DNA of 56,451 bases from Candidatus Micrarchaeota archaeon (GCA_015523325.1 WAKO01000009.1:1-56451), one strand, 5' to 3'; shown: positions 8,888 to 19,264, numbered from the stretch's first letter. The notes: generated by a model not told the origin, from the sequence alone. Made by a program: numbers and translations.

Positions 8888-9814
8888 TTGCTAAAAACCC
8901 TCATGGAAACAATAAAGGATGTTTCAAACCTTGAAGAGTATTTGAAAAATCTGAAAAGGGTGGGATTTCAATCCACAAGTTTAGGAGAGGCAAGAGGAAT
9001 ACTTAGAAAAATAAAGGAAGAAAAGCCAACAGTGTTCTTTGCATTCACAGCAAATATGGTTGCAAGTGGGATTAGAGGTTATGTAGCAAAACTAGTTGGT
9101 AGTGGATTAGTAAATGCAATAATAACAACAGCTGGCTCATTAGAGCACGATTTAATTAAGTCTTTCAAAGATTATTTGCTAGGGGATTTTGAAATAAAGG
9201 ATGAAGAGCTTAGAGAAAAAGGAATGAATAGAGTTGGAAACATATTAATAGATAACTCCTGTTATGAATTTTTAGAAAAAATTAATTTCAAAATCTTTGA
9301 AAGATATGTTAAAAAAGGAGAGATAAGTCCCTCTCAATTAGCTAGAGAATATGGAGAGGTAATAGCTAGAGAAGGAAAGAATAAAAGGAATTCCTTCCTA
9401 TATCAAGCATATAAAAGAGAAATACCTGTATTTTCCCCCGGCATTTTGGATGGAGCAATAGGGTTGAACCTATACTTTTTCAGAAATATGAGAAAAGAAA
9501 ACAAGGAATTTTCAATTAACCCCTCCTTAGATATAAATAAGCTTTCAAAGATTGTGCTTGAGGCAGAAAAAACAGCTGGAATTATTTTGGGAGGAGGAAT
9601 AAGTAAACACCACACAATAGGAATAAATATTGTTAGAGGAGGATTGGATTATGCAATATATGTTACAACTTCTCAAGAGTTTGATGGCTCATTAAGCGGA
9701 GCAAAACCAAAAGAAGGAGTTAGCTGGGGAAAAATAAAGGATGAAAAAAACTCTACAGTTGTTTATGGGGAAGCAAGCTTGGTTCTACCTCTCTTAATGG
9801 AAGGAATTATTTGA
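8888..9814 (+). CDS. dys: Deoxyhypusine synthase
   Basis: GFQSTSLG, TANMVASG, ITTAGSLEHD, GGGISKHH, DGSLSGA...EGVSWGK (active-site Lys). Confidence 0.95.
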   Translation: MLKTLMETIKDVSNLEEYLKNLKRVGFQSTSLGEARGILRKIKEEKPTVFFAFTANMVASGIRGYVAKLVGSGLVNAIITTAGSLEHDLIKSFKDYLLGDFEIKDEELREKGMNRVGNILIDNSCYEFLEKINFKIFERYVKKGEISPSQLAREYGEVIAREGKNKRNSFLYQAYKREIPVFSPGILDGAIGLNLYFFRNMRKENKEFSINPSLDINKLSKIVLEAEKTAGIILGGGISKHHTIGINIVRGGLDYAIYVTTSQEFDGSLSGAKPKEGVSWGKIKDEKNSTVVYGEASLVLPLLMEGII

Positions 9815-9864
9815 GTTGTCCAAGCTTCTTTTATTGTTTTAGATTGTTTTAGGGCTTTTATTTA

Positions 9865-10887
9865 TTAAGTTAGAGGAACCAAAAACGATAGGAATTCTGA
9901 AGAGATAAACATAACAATTAAAGCAACTAGGGAAATAAAAGGGAAATATTTTAGCCCCCTAACCATATCTCCTTTATTTATTATTCCTAAAAGTAAGGAA
10001 GTCATTAAGTTTGTTATTACCACAAAAATAGAAACCAAGATAATGAATTGCTCTGGGGTTAAACTAATTTGTAGAGAGGCTCTTGAGAGAGGGCCCACTC
10101 CTTCCACATCTCCAACTCTTCCTATGCTCTCTTGTATTGAAGATATAACTTTGATGTAATAAACAGAAACACTAGTTAGGAAAGGTAAAATAAGCACACT
10201 CACAAAAAGCAAAAATCCAACATAACCTTTGCTTTGTGAAGCTAACTCTTCCTTCAAATCCAAAATTTTTCTCATGCTATCTGCATATTCCTCCACAATA
10301 TCCACAAAGTTTCCTCCTGTTCTTATTGTTTTTTCAAAGATTTTGGTAAATTTATCTAAATAGACTGAGTTAACTCTCTTTGTTAAATATTTAAATGAAG
10401 CTACTATTGACCCTCCTGAAGCTATTCTTGCTTTTTTTGCCTCTACAGCCAAAACTCCTAGCTCTGGTCTTATTGCAGCACTAAAAGCATGGGAAGGAAT
10501 TAACCCTCCCCTCAAATTTGAAGCTAACAAATAAAGAAAGTCAGGGAATACTTTCTCAACTTGCTCCTTTCTAACTGAGATTAAAGTGTAGAGATGAGCA
10601 ACAAATATTAGGATTACCAATATAGAAAGAAATAACCCAATAAGAAGCAAAAGTAAAATATCAAGTTCAACTATCCTAGGAAATCCTAGCAAAGAGGAGA
10701 GTTGGGAGTAAAGAGTAAATAGGAGAAAAGGGAGGATAAAGCTGATTAAAGAGGAAAACAAAACCATTCCACTCCATTCTCTTTCATCCATTTCATAACC
10801 AGCAAAGGAAATGAGCTTCTTAACTCTAATTAAAAACCCTCTTGGAAGGAATAAGCTTAACTTCCTATAATATGCTCTTAAGTCCAT
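9865..10887 (-). CDS. Type II secretion F-domain membrane platform protein (TadC/PilC-like), pilus locus 1
   Basis: TM segments around EKVFPDFLYLLASNLRGG...; last gene of the ATPase operon. Confidence 0.85.
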   Translation of the reverse strand: MDLRAYYRKLSLFLPRGFLIRVKKLISFAGYEMDEREWSGMVLFSSLISFILPFLLFTLYSQLSSLLGFPRIVELDILLLLLIGLFLSILVILIFVAHLYTLISVRKEQVEKVFPDFLYLLASNLRGGLIPSHAFSAAIRPELGVLAVEAKKARIASGGSIVASFKYLTKRVNSVYLDKFTKIFEKTIRTGGNFVDIVEEYADSMRKILDLKEELASQSKGYVGFLLFVSVLILPFLTSVSVYYIKVISSIQESIGRVGDVEGVGPLSRASLQISLTPEQFIILVSIFVVITNLMTSLLLGIINKGDMVRGLKYFPFISLVALIVMFISSEFLSFLVPLT

Positions 10888-10944
10888 ATTATCCTACCTA
10901 CCCACTCATCTTCTTAAAACTTCTGGTTTCCATGATTCTAAACT

Positions 10945-11826
10945 TTATCTTAATATAGGTGGCTTCAAGCTTCTTATGTAATATAAGATGGTTGCTTGCA
11001 TAAACAAAGAAACAAACAACATTAACATTAAAGTAAATATGTCCAAAGGAATTCCTCCAACTGAAGAGAGAACGACTAAAAACACTATTCCTAAGCTAGG
11101 GAGAGTTATTCCTATTAAGAAAAATATTAGAATAACCATGTTCATTGTTGAGAGATAAGACTTTATTGTCCTCTCATTATATCTATCTATGTAGGTAGAA
11201 ATTGATTCTAACAAACTTGAGAGGTTTCCTCCTTTCTCAACTCCATTTGCCAACTGCCAAATTATCTTTCTTAAGAAATCACTCTTTGATTCTAACGCTA
11301 CTTTTTGTAAAGCTGCAGAATCTGTATAACCTGAATTAACCAAAAATATAACTCTCTTAAACATTTTAGAAAGCTCTCCATATCCTCCTTCAGCTATTGA
11401 TATCATTGCTTCATACAAAGAAACTCCTCCTTTCAATTGTATTAATAAATCCCTGATGGCAAACCCAAGCTCTTTATTTATTGCATTAGCAATATCTCTT
11501 ATTTTGAGCTTTGGGAATATTACATTTATCATAAAAACTGAAAACGAGACGTAAAGAAAGGCTCCAAAACCCGCAATAAACTTCTCAAATAGATTTATTC
11601 CAAAAATTAAAAAGACAGCAATTCCTACAACAATTCCAAAAGCAAAAGAAGAGAGTAAGCTATTCATAACGTAGACTCTTGGACTTAAATTCCTATCTAT
11701 GCTCTTTATATCATGCTCTAAAAAAGGAACTACTCTAAGTAAATAGATTGCAACTTGCCTAAACCCTCTCTCTATTCTTGTTGCAACCTCCCAAGGAAAA
11801 ACTAAAAGAGGACTAACCATTTCCAC
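10945..11826 (-). CDS. Type II secretion F-domain membrane platform protein (TadB/PilC-like), pilus locus 1
   Basis: KELGFAIRDLLIQLKGGVSLYEAM...YGELSKMF...GGNLSSLL; TM segments; abuts the ATPase. Confidence 0.85.
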   Translation of the reverse strand: MEMVSPLLVFPWEVATRIERGFRQVAIYLLRVVPFLEHDIKSIDRNLSPRVYVMNSLLSSFAFGIVVGIAVFLIFGINLFEKFIAGFGAFLYVSFSVFMINVIFPKLKIRDIANAINKELGFAIRDLLIQLKGGVSLYEAMISIAEGGYGELSKMFKRVIFLVNSGYTDSAALQKVALESKSDFLRKIIWQLANGVEKGGNLSSLLESISTYIDRYNERTIKSYLSTMNMVILIFFLIGITLPSLGIVFLVVLSSVGGIPLDIFTLMLMLFVSLFMQATILYYIRSLKPPILR

Positions 11827-13554
11827 CTACCAATTAACTATTTTCTGTAGAGGCAAGTTGTTCTCTACTCCTTTTAATAATCTCTCCTTATCATGATAAT
11901 AAAGCTTAACCACCTTTCCTACATCATCAATTCTAAATAGCTTTTGCTTAACCATCCATTTTAGGATGCTTTCTCTTATGTTCAAATCTAAATAGATCTC
12001 CTCTTCAGTCATTCCAGTAAAGAAATTAACCTTGTTTATGTATTCTATAGGAAGCTTTTTGAACTCAAAGCTATCGGTTCTGCTTCTATAGGACACTATC
12101 CTATCTATAGAGAAATCTTCTTCACTCCTTTGCATTATTGCTACCTCATAAGTTCTTCTCCTATTTGTTCTCCTATCCCTTCTTTGAGTAACAATAAAGT
12201 CTATTATCTCAAGCTCTGAAAGAGAAATGTTTATAGGATCTTCACTTAGCCTTTTTATTGCAACATACGCCGTATTTGCGTGGAATGTGGAATAAACACT
12301 ATGTCCAGTATGCATAGCCTCAAACATAACCTGTGCTTCTTCAGCCTTTCTAACCTCTCCAACTATTATTCTATCGGGCCTCATTCTTAAGGAGTTTATC
12401 ATTAAATCCAAAATAGTAACTGCCCCAAGCCCTTCTGGGTTTGGGGGCCTAGAAACTAAAGGAACCCAATTTTCAAAGTAAACAGGAAGTTGAATCTCCC
12501 TAGTATCCTCTATAGTTATTATTCTTTGGTCAGGAGGAATAAACATTAGAAGAGAGTTAAGCATAGATGTTTTTCCACTTGCAGTTCCTCCAACCACTAA
12601 AACATTCATTTCATAATGAAGAGCTTGCCATAATAGAGAGGCTGTTTTATAATCAAGTGTTTTATTATTCAACAAAACAGGAAGAGTTAATGGCTCTTCA
12701 GAGAACTTTCTTACAGTAATTGTGTTACCACTTAATGAAATTGGGAAAAGGGTTGCATTAATTCTCTCTTTTCCAGGCAAGTGAGCATCAAGCAAAGGGC
12801 TTAAAGTAGAGACATGCCTTCCCACTCTCCTCCCAATCCTTGCAATGTTCTCCAACACATCAGACTCTGACTCAAAGAACAAGTTTGTTTTCATCCACCC
12901 ATACTTTCTATGGTAAACTATTACTGAGGCTCTTGCCTTATTAACAACAACTTCCTCTAAAAAAGGGTCATGTAAAAGGTATTCAAGCCTTCCAAGCCCA
13001 AACATCTTAGCCCTAACCATTCCACAAAGGAGCTTTTTATCCCTTTGATTAAACACTAGCTTTTCAAGAATATTTTCTGTGATATTACATTGCCTTCTAT
13101 AAATCTTTATACTTTTTTCCTCTTCAGTTAAATTAACTGATTCTGGAGGAATTTGAGAAGAAACTATCTCAATTATCTCCTCCAAAAGAGAAAGAGTTGA
13201 AACCTTAACTCTTGGGGTTGTTATATAATAGAAAAGAGAATTATCAGGAAGCCTTATTATATTAACAATGCCCCAAAAATGCTTATTGTCCCCTTCTATC
13301 TCATAAGCTTCAACAACACTTCCTTGTGGTTTTTGTTCTTCTTCTTTTTCAGGAATTCTTATAGAGATATAAGTTGTGTTAAATATGGGGAGGAGAGGAT
13401 ATTTAACAGAAATCAAATCTCTTTTTTCCAATGTTTCTAAAATAAAATCCAATGACTCATCATCTAAACCTAGTTGCCCATAAATTGATGCAACGTTCAC
13501 TTCTTTATTAAGACCCTCTTCATAAACATCATCAACCTTAGTTTTTATCAGCAT
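11827..13554 (-). CDS. Type IV pilus/Tad assembly ATPase (PilB/CpaF/ArlI family) with N-terminal winged-helix extension, pilus locus 1
   Basis: Walker A GGTASGKT, ITIEDTRE, LRMRPDRIIVGEVR, MHTGH, TFHA; about 55 extra N-terminal residues. Confidence 0.93.
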   Translation of the reverse strand: MLIKTKVDDVYEEGLNKEVNVASIYGQLGLDDESLDFILETLEKRDLISVKYPLLPIFNTTYISIRIPEKEEEQKPQGSVVEAYEIEGDNKHFWGIVNIIRLPDNSLFYYITTPRVKVSTLSLLEEIIEIVSSQIPPESVNLTEEEKSIKIYRRQCNITENILEKLVFNQRDKKLLCGMVRAKMFGLGRLEYLLHDPFLEEVVVNKARASVIVYHRKYGWMKTNLFFESESDVLENIARIGRRVGRHVSTLSPLLDAHLPGKERINATLFPISLSGNTITVRKFSEEPLTLPVLLNNKTLDYKTASLLWQALHYEMNVLVVGGTASGKTSMLNSLLMFIPPDQRIITIEDTREIQLPVYFENWVPLVSRPPNPEGLGAVTILDLMINSLRMRPDRIIVGEVRKAEEAQVMFEAMHTGHSVYSTFHANTAYVAIKRLSEDPINISLSELEIIDFIVTQRRDRRTNRRRTYEVAIMQRSEEDFSIDRIVSYRSRTDSFEFKKLPIEYINKVNFFTGMTEEEIYLDLNIRESILKWMVKQKLFRIDDVGKVVKLYYHDKERLLKGVENNLPLQKIVNW

Positions 13555-13565
13555 TTTTCAACCCC

Positions 13566-14522
13566 CTACTCATCCAGAACTACTTTATTTTTTGAACCCT
13601 TCTTTAGCTCTCCTAAGGAGAGATAAAGTGCAGAGCTATAAGGAACTCTATCTCCCAAGTAAAGTTGTGAAACCTTATAGGAAGAAATACTGGTGTTTAT
13701 GTCTATTGTGCTATTTATATATCCTGTTATTGTGGAAGGTATTTGAACAATGTATTCATCATTTGGATTTCCTAAAGGATCTCCTACCAAAATTAATATC
13801 TTTCCTTCTGCTCCACAAATATTTTGACCTAGGTAGAAAGTGTAGTTTGCTGCCCCATTGTTTCCAACTGTTGTTGATTTTTCAAAGCATTTTGCTCCTC
13901 CAATAAAAGGATAGCAAACCCTAAAGTAAACAGGAACTCCATTAGGATCATAATTTGAAACACTTAAATTATCCCCATCAACAGGAAGGTTTCCTGTAAT
14001 GTAAATAGTTATATTGTATTGAGAAGGCCTACCAACATCAAAGTAATTTACTTTCATTTCTGAAATGTTGTAGATGGAGGTGTCATAATATTTTTTGAAG
14101 TAACTTGAAGAAGAACCAGATTTAGTTAAGAAATTTATCACAAAATAATCACTAAATTGATATACTGAAGAAAAATCAACAGAATAATTGATACCAACCT
14201 TTGATAAAGAAGATTTAACCTCTGAATCATAAGCCATAACATCAAAGTTGGTGGTTGTTCTTCTTATTTCTCCAAAAGCTTTAAACACAAATATGTCCTC
14301 TGTTTTTGGAGAGTAAGAAAGCTCTTCAAATCCCATCCTATTTTTTAACTCATCAATAATATCCTCATAATAAAAAGAAAGCCTCCTAAGTTTTTCTCTT
14401 GTAAGAATCTCCTCATCCTCTAAGGATTGTAAATAAACTAAAGTGTAGTAAAGCAAAGGTATAAAGAGCAAAAGGACTATCAAAACATTAACAAATCCTT
14501 TATTCCCCCTCATTTGAACCAC
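13566..14522 (-). CDS. Class III signal peptide protein (minor pilin/adhesin-like)
   Basis: NKG|FVNVLIVLLLFIPLL N-terminus; beta-rich C-terminus with Cys; lies in the pilus operon. Confidence 0.65.
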   Translation of the reverse strand: MVQMRGNKGFVNVLIVLLLFIPLLYYTLVYLQSLEDEEILTREKLRRLSFYYEDIIDELKNRMGFEELSYSPKTEDIFVFKAFGEIRRTTTNFDVMAYDSEVKSSLSKVGINYSVDFSSVYQFSDYFVINFLTKSGSSSSYFKKYYDTSIYNISEMKVNYFDVGRPSQYNITIYITGNLPVDGDNLSVSNYDPNGVPVYFRVCYPFIGGAKCFEKSTTVGNNGAANYTFYLGQNICGAEGKILILVGDPLGNPNDEYIVQIPSTITGYINSTIDINTSISSYKVSQLYLGDRVPYSSALYLSLGELKKGSKNKVVLDE

Positions 14523-14977
14523 GCATAAAACTTGTAAACATAAGTTCCGTTTGCAGGGTTTTCATAGCGATGAACAAATCGGTAATAAACCCTGCTGTTT
14601 TGAGAAGGGCTGGAGCAACCTCCTTTTCCAACAGAGGTTGTCGGAATACCTCCAACCTCAAATGAGGAAAACGTAAATATCTCAGCAAAAAAGCATACTG
14701 ACACACCAAAACTAGTAGAATCAGTGAAATTAAAAACTTTTTCCAAATAAGTAGTGTTAACAACACTTTTTTCCAATGTTCCATCCCTGTCTAAGGAGGA
14801 AAAAAGTGAAATAGAATAACTATCTAAAGCTGAGGATTTAAATTCATAAGAGGGAAAGATAATTCTTTCTAAAGAAAGTGAGAAGTATAGGCTAAGCACC
14901 GTTAAAAGTAAAGTTGTAGCAAGCAATAATTCAAGAGTATAAACAACTCCTTTAGTCTTTCTTCTCCTTACTTCCAC
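14510..14977 (-). CDS. Class III signal peptide pilin-like protein
   Basis: RRRKTKG|VVYTLELLLATTLLL; overlaps both neighbours. Confidence 0.75.
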   Translation of the reverse strand: MEVRRRKTKGVVYTLELLLATTLLLTVLSLYFSLSLERIIFPSYEFKSSALDSYSISLFSSLDRDGTLEKSVVNTTYLEKVFNFTDSTSFGVSVCFFAEIFTFSSFEVGGIPTTSVGKGGCSSPSQNSRVYYRFVHRYENPANGTYVYKFYAWFK

Positions 14978-15447
14978 ATTATCATCCTCAATAAATAAGT
15001 GCTATCATTGTAAGTTACAAAAGTCTCTTTTATGAACTTTTCATCAGCTACCACTGGAGAAGGGCAAAAGGAAAACTTATAATTATCACTAATCCTGACC
15101 ATTTCAAAATAAAGATTCATATAATCAGGAACTCCTAGCTTCTCTTTTACAAAAGCAACATTACTATTACATAAATTAGCTAGCTCCTGAAGCTTTGGAT
15201 CTGAAACTATATTTCCATAATTATCTCTCATTATCCCTATTCTTTTTGTTTTTGAGAGAGAAGAATGCCAATAAGGAGGTAGGCCCTCTCCTGTTAAGCT
15301 TAGGAATGCCTCTTCACTAACCTTAGATTTTAACAAATAATCTTCTATTCTTTGTTTTGCTAAGGAATCCTCAACAACTATATTTGCAAATAATAATACC
15401 AAGAAAAAAGCTGTTATTAAGCCCAAAACTAAATCAACAAGCTCCAT
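14968..15447 (-). CDS. Pilin-like single-TM protein, first gene of pilus locus 1
   Basis: N-terminal hydrophobic helix and G.PPYW...IGI...KL..L motif resembling archaeal minor pilin-like proteins. No basic KG leader at the annotated start. Confidence 0.6.
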   Translation of the reverse strand: MELVDLVLGLITAFFLVLLFANIVVEDSLAKQRIEDYLLKSKVSEEAFLSLTGEGLPPYWHSSLSKTKRIGIMRDNYGNIVSDPKLQELANLCNSNVAFVKEKLGVPDYMNLYFEMVRISDNYKFSFCPSPVVADEKFIKETFVTYNDSTYLLRMIMWK

Positions 15448-15453
15448 ACTCTC

Positions 15454-15495
15454 AAATTCATTACCCTTAATGAATTTAAAAACTTAATTCATTAA
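15454..15495. promoter_or_regulatory. Divergent promoter with three AATTCATTA half-sites around a TATA box
   Basis: AAATTCATTA-CCCT-TAATGAATTT (15454-15477) is a perfect 10-4-10; TTAATGAATT-N9-AATTCATTAA (15467-15495) is a second dyad spanning TTTAAAAAC (15475-15483). Confidence 0.55.
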
Positions 15496-15502
15496 ATATC
15501 AC

Positions 15503-16114
15503 GTGAACTTTAGCACAAATGAAGAGCTTGTGGAGTATTTGAAAAGAATAAATGCAATAAAGAGCAAAAATATAATAAAAGCATTTTACGAAGTGGATAG
15601 AAAGGATTTTGTTAATGAAAAGCTCCAAAACCTTGCTTATTTTGAAGGAGCCTTACCTATAGTTGATAACTCCACAATCTCTCAACCTTCCATAATAGGG
15701 GAAATGCTTGAAATGCTAGAACTAAAGCCAAAACTCAAAATATTTGAGATAGGGACAGGAAGTGGATATTCCACAACTCTATTAGCAAAGGCTTGTGAAG
15801 AATGTGAGATAACCTCTGTTGAAATTAAGGAGAAGGTTTATGAAATAGCAAAAAAGAACATTGCAAAATATAATGTAAAAGTAAACTTGATTTTAGGAGA
15901 TGGGAAGAAGTGTTGTGAAGGGCAAAGATTTGACAGAATTCTAATAAATGCATCAACAAAAAAAGAAGAGCTTGGAATTTTTATTGAAAGATTAAAGGAG
16001 GATGGTTTCATAGTTTGCCCACTCAACAAAGGAGGTTATGATGTATTGGCAAAGGTAACTAGGAATGGAAAAATAAGAGAGGGAAAGGAAGTTGTGTTTG
16101 TAAAGCTAGAGTAG
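15503..16114 (+). CDS. pcm: Protein-L-isoaspartate O-methyltransferase
   Basis: VDRKDFV...AY...LPI...TISQPS, EIGTGSGY, FDRIL, L...G..V.P. Confidence 0.92.
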   Translation: MNFSTNEELVEYLKRINAIKSKNIIKAFYEVDRKDFVNEKLQNLAYFEGALPIVDNSTISQPSIIGEMLEMLELKPKLKIFEIGTGSGYSTTLLAKACEECEITSVEIKEKVYEIAKKNIAKYNVKVNLILGDGKKCCEGQRFDRILINASTKKEELGIFIERLKEDGFIVCPLNKGGYDVLAKVTRNGKIREGKEVVFVKLE

Positions 16115-16147
16115 GTGTAGGCTTAATGATTTCAGATAATCTATATT

Positions 16148-17467
16148 TCAGTTAATACAACAAGGGGTTTCATCCAAGTTATGGAATGTGGAAAGAGAAG
16201 CTTTTTTTATTGCTTCTCCAATAGTAGGAAAAGCTAAGGTTATTTCACTAACCCTACCAGGAGAGAGCTCTAAGTTTATTATAAATGAGGCCGTGTTTAT
16301 TAGTTCTTCAACATTATACCCTCCAACAACAACTCCAACAATTTTATTGTTTTTAACAAATAAATCAAGGAAACCTTTTGATTTTCTCTCTAATTTAGAG
16401 AGGTCAAAATGGATTAATCTTCCTTCCATTATTCCAACCCTAGCTATTTGAGGAGAGCTAAATGCTATTGAAGGAATTTTATTATAATCAACTTTCTTGT
16501 TAGCCCCTAAAATGTTTTCTACTGCAACCTTTCCCTCCAAAGCTGCTGTTGTTTCAAGAGGCAATTTCCCATTCAAATCTCCAATTGCATAAACATTGTT
16601 AAATCCTTTTACTCTCAAGAACTCATCAGTAATGACAAAGCCTCTTTTATCCTTTTCAACTTCAAAGCTTTCTGAATTTGGAGATATTCCAGTGCAAAAC
16701 ATTATGGCCCCTTCTATTTCCCCTTTCTCCGTTATTAATTTGCCTTCAGAAACCTTCTTGGGTGTTGCTTTAACTAGCTTTATTCCTCTATTTAAAAACT
16801 CATTTTTTACAAACTCTGATTGAGAAGGAAGGAACTTTTTCAAGAATGAAGACCTAAAAACAATTGTTACCTCTGTAAACCTAGAGAGGATTGTTGCAAA
16901 TTCCACAGCCATAACACTAGAGCCAACAATAACAACTTTTTCTGGAAGCTCTTTTAAATCCCAAAAGTTCCTATAAGTTAAAAATTCCCCTTCTATTTCT
17001 ATAGGAGGAAGGAATGGTTTTGCTCCAGTTGCAAGTACTATGTTTTTAGCTTTCACTCTTTTATCCTCAACAAAAACACTTCCATCCTTAAAAGATGCCT
17101 TAGCTTCCAAAAAATCAACGTTCTCAAATTTTTTCAAAACATCCAAATAATTTCTTTTTTGTAATTCTTTCACATACTGCTTAGTTTCTTTCAAAAAACT
17201 AAGGAAGAGAGCTTCTCTCTCCTCAAATGAGAGCTCTCTGAAGAGATTCTTTAGATTAGATTTATTGATCTCCTCTAAGATTTTGCTTTTGTCCAACAAA
17301 AACTTTGAAGGAACACAACCTATATTAACACAAGTTCCTCCTATGGGTTTAGAACTGATTAAAAGGGTCTTCAATCCATTTTTGTTTGCCCAATAGGAAG
17401 AAGAAAAGCCACCACTTCCTGCTCCAACAATAACCAAATCATAATTGGTTTCAAAATATTTTTCCAT
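16148..17467 (-). CDS. merA: Mercuric reductase, core form without NmerA domain
   Basis: FAD motif GAGSGG; redox pair GGTCVNIGCVPSK; MerA-type IVGSSVMAVE; C-terminal vicinal cysteines (ETPCCIN). Confidence 0.85.
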   Translation of the reverse strand: MEKYFETNYDLVIVGAGSGGFSSSYWANKNGLKTLLISSKPIGGTCVNIGCVPSKFLLDKSKILEEINKSNLKNLFRELSFEEREALFLSFLKETKQYVKELQKRNYLDVLKKFENVDFLEAKASFKDGSVFVEDKRVKAKNIVLATGAKPFLPPIEIEGEFLTYRNFWDLKELPEKVVIVGSSVMAVEFATILSRFTEVTIVFRSSFLKKFLPSQSEFVKNEFLNRGIKLVKATPKKVSEGKLITEKGEIEGAIMFCTGISPNSESFEVEKDKRGFVITDEFLRVKGFNNVYAIGDLNGKLPLETTAALEGKVAVENILGANKKVDYNKIPSIAFSSPQIARVGIMEGRLIHFDLSKLERKSKGFLDLFVKNNKIVGVVVGGYNVEELINTASFIINLELSPGRVSEITLAFPTIGEAIKKASLSTFHNLDETPCCIN

Positions 17468-17558
17468 GTTTATTTTTGGACGAAACAGAATTTAAAAGAG
17501 TTGGAAAAACTAAAAACAAAAAATCAAAAGCTTAGATTAAATCAAAGGTTTAGGTTAG

Positions 17559-19181
17559 CTAATCTAACTCTCCTCCTGGAGAGTTATCATTCTTGCTTGT
17601 TCCTTTTGCGCTTATTATATCATCTATTCTCAAAATTAGTCTAGATGTTTCTGTTGCTGATGCTATTGCTTGTCTCTTTACTTTTGCAGGCTCTAAAACC
17701 CCTAGCTCTTTCATGTTTGAGATCTTTCCATTTATTACATCAACTCCATAAAACTTTCCTTCTTTTGAGCCATGCTTACTCCTTAACTCAACCAAAGTAT
17801 CTATTGCATCCATTCCTGCATTCTCTGCCAAAGTTGTTGGGATACTCTCTAAAGCCTCTGCAAATGCCTCAACAGCCAATTGCTCTCTTCCCCCTATTGT
17901 TTTAGCATACTCTCTAAGCTTTAATGAAAGCTCCATTTCTGTGCTTCCTCCTCCTGTAACGTAATAGCCATCCTCTAAGGCAGAGGCAACACTTCCTAAT
18001 GAATCTTTTATTGCTCTCTCCACCTCATTTACAACATGCTCTGTTCCTCCTCTTATGAAGATGGTTACACTCTTTGGATCCTTACACTTTTCAACAAATA
18101 CCATTGCCTCTCCGGCAACTTTTCTCTCTTCTACCAATCCAGCCTCTCCTAAGTCAGAACTGCTCAAATCCTCTAAGGAAGAGGCAATTCTAGCTCCTGT
18201 AGCCCTGCTAAGCTTTTCCATATCACTCTTCTTAACCCTTCTTACTGCTAAAATTCCTGCTTTTGCAAGATAGTGTTGTGCCATCTCATCAATTCCCTTT
18301 TGCACAAAAACAACGTTAGCGCCTGCCTTCTTTATTTTTTCAACCATATTCTTTAGCATCTCTTCCTCTTTTCTTAGGAAAGCCTCTAATTGGTCAGGAG
18401 AGGTTATTTCTATTTTTGCATCTGTTTCTGTCTTCTCTATTTCTAGAGGGGAATCTATCAAGGCTATCTTAGCATTTTCAACCCTTTTTGGCATTCCAGC
18501 ATGAACAACTTCCTTATCAATAACAACTCCTTCCACAAGCTTTGTGTCCTTTACTTCTCCTCCTTCTTTCTTCTCTAGCTTAACTAAATCCAAGTCAACA
18601 ACTAGCTTATTTCCTTTCTTTTGAACAACCTTTTGAACAGCTTTCACTATTAATTTAGCAATGCTCTTCTTTTCCTCTTCACTACCAATTCCTTTTGAAC
18701 CCATAGAAACGCTTGCAATCTTTACCAAAGTTTCCTCATCATCTAAGGAAACTTTCTCAGCTATTTCCTTAAGCAATTCATGGCTTTTTGCTTCAGCCAT
18801 CTCAAATCCTCTAACTATAGTTGTTGGATGAATCCCTCTATCAAGTAATTGGCCGGCTGCTTTCAAAAGGTTTCCAGCAATGACAACACTTGTGGTTGTT
18901 CCATCTCCAACTTCTTTATCTTGTGTTTTTGCTATCTCTACCATTAGCTTTGCTGTTGGGTGTTCAACGTTCATTTCCTCCAAAATGGTGGCTCCATCAT
19001 TTGTTATTATTATATCTCCTAAATCACTAACTAACATCTTATCCATTCCCTTTGGCCCTAATGTTGTCTTCACTATTTGTGCTATTGCATAGGCTATTGC
19101 TATATTCAACCTCATTGCATCTCTACCAATAATTCTTTGTGCTCCTTCTGGTAGAGGTTCATTACTTATCTTTTGGGTCAT
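17559..19181 (-). CDS. ths: Thermosome (group II chaperonin) subunit
   Basis: [48 protein letters not shown]; GGAGGTG SD. Confidence 0.97.
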   Translation of the reverse strand: MTQKISNEPLPEGAQRIIGRDAMRLNIAIAYAIAQIVKTTLGPKGMDKMLVSDLGDIIITNDGATILEEMNVEHPTAKLMVEIAKTQDKEVGDGTTTSVVIAGNLLKAAGQLLDRGIHPTTIVRGFEMAEAKSHELLKEIAEKVSLDDEETLVKIASVSMGSKGIGSEEEKKSIAKLIVKAVQKVVQKKGNKLVVDLDLVKLEKKEGGEVKDTKLVEGVVIDKEVVHAGMPKRVENAKIALIDSPLEIEKTETDAKIEITSPDQLEAFLRKEEEMLKNMVEKIKKAGANVVFVQKGIDEMAQHYLAKAGILAVRRVKKSDMEKLSRATGARIASSLEDLSSSDLGEAGLVEERKVAGEAMVFVEKCKDPKSVTIFIRGGTEHVVNEVERAIKDSLGSVASALEDGYYVTGGGSTEMELSLKLREYAKTIGGREQLAVEAFAEALESIPTTLAENAGMDAIDTLVELRSKHGSKEGKFYGVDVINGKISNMKELGVLEPAKVKRQAIASATETSRLILRIDDIISAKGTSKNDNSPGGELD

Positions 19182-19234
19182 TCGCCCACCTCCTTTTATT
19201 TTTTTAATATTAGCAAAAAAAGCCTAAAAAAATA

Positions 19235-19264
19235 TCAATACATAAGCATATGCTTAGTTATTGA
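19235..19264. promoter_or_regulatory. 30-bp operator-like palindrome at the thermosome promoter
   Basis: TCAATA-ca-TAAGCATATGCTTA-gt-TATTGA (13 of 15 pairs match). It lies just downstream of a minus-strand TTTAAA box (19271-19276), over the expected transcription start. Confidence 0.6.

Noticed and set aside
15448-15483. In-frame upstream extension (IKGNEFES) that could give the 159-aa pilin-like protein a KG leader
   Set aside because: It would need an ATT start inside the promoter dyad, and the residues after Gly are polar rather than a class III hydrophobic segment.
16148-17467. Dihydrolipoamide dehydrogenase call
   Set aside because: The C-terminal CC and GSSVMAVE motif fit MerA; the LPD HPTxxE His is replaced (FPTIGE), and no E1/E2 genes are nearby.
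18052-18069. Partial third copy of the 16-bp operator (ATGGTTACA)
   Set aside because: Only the right half matches and it lies inside the thermosome coding sequence.
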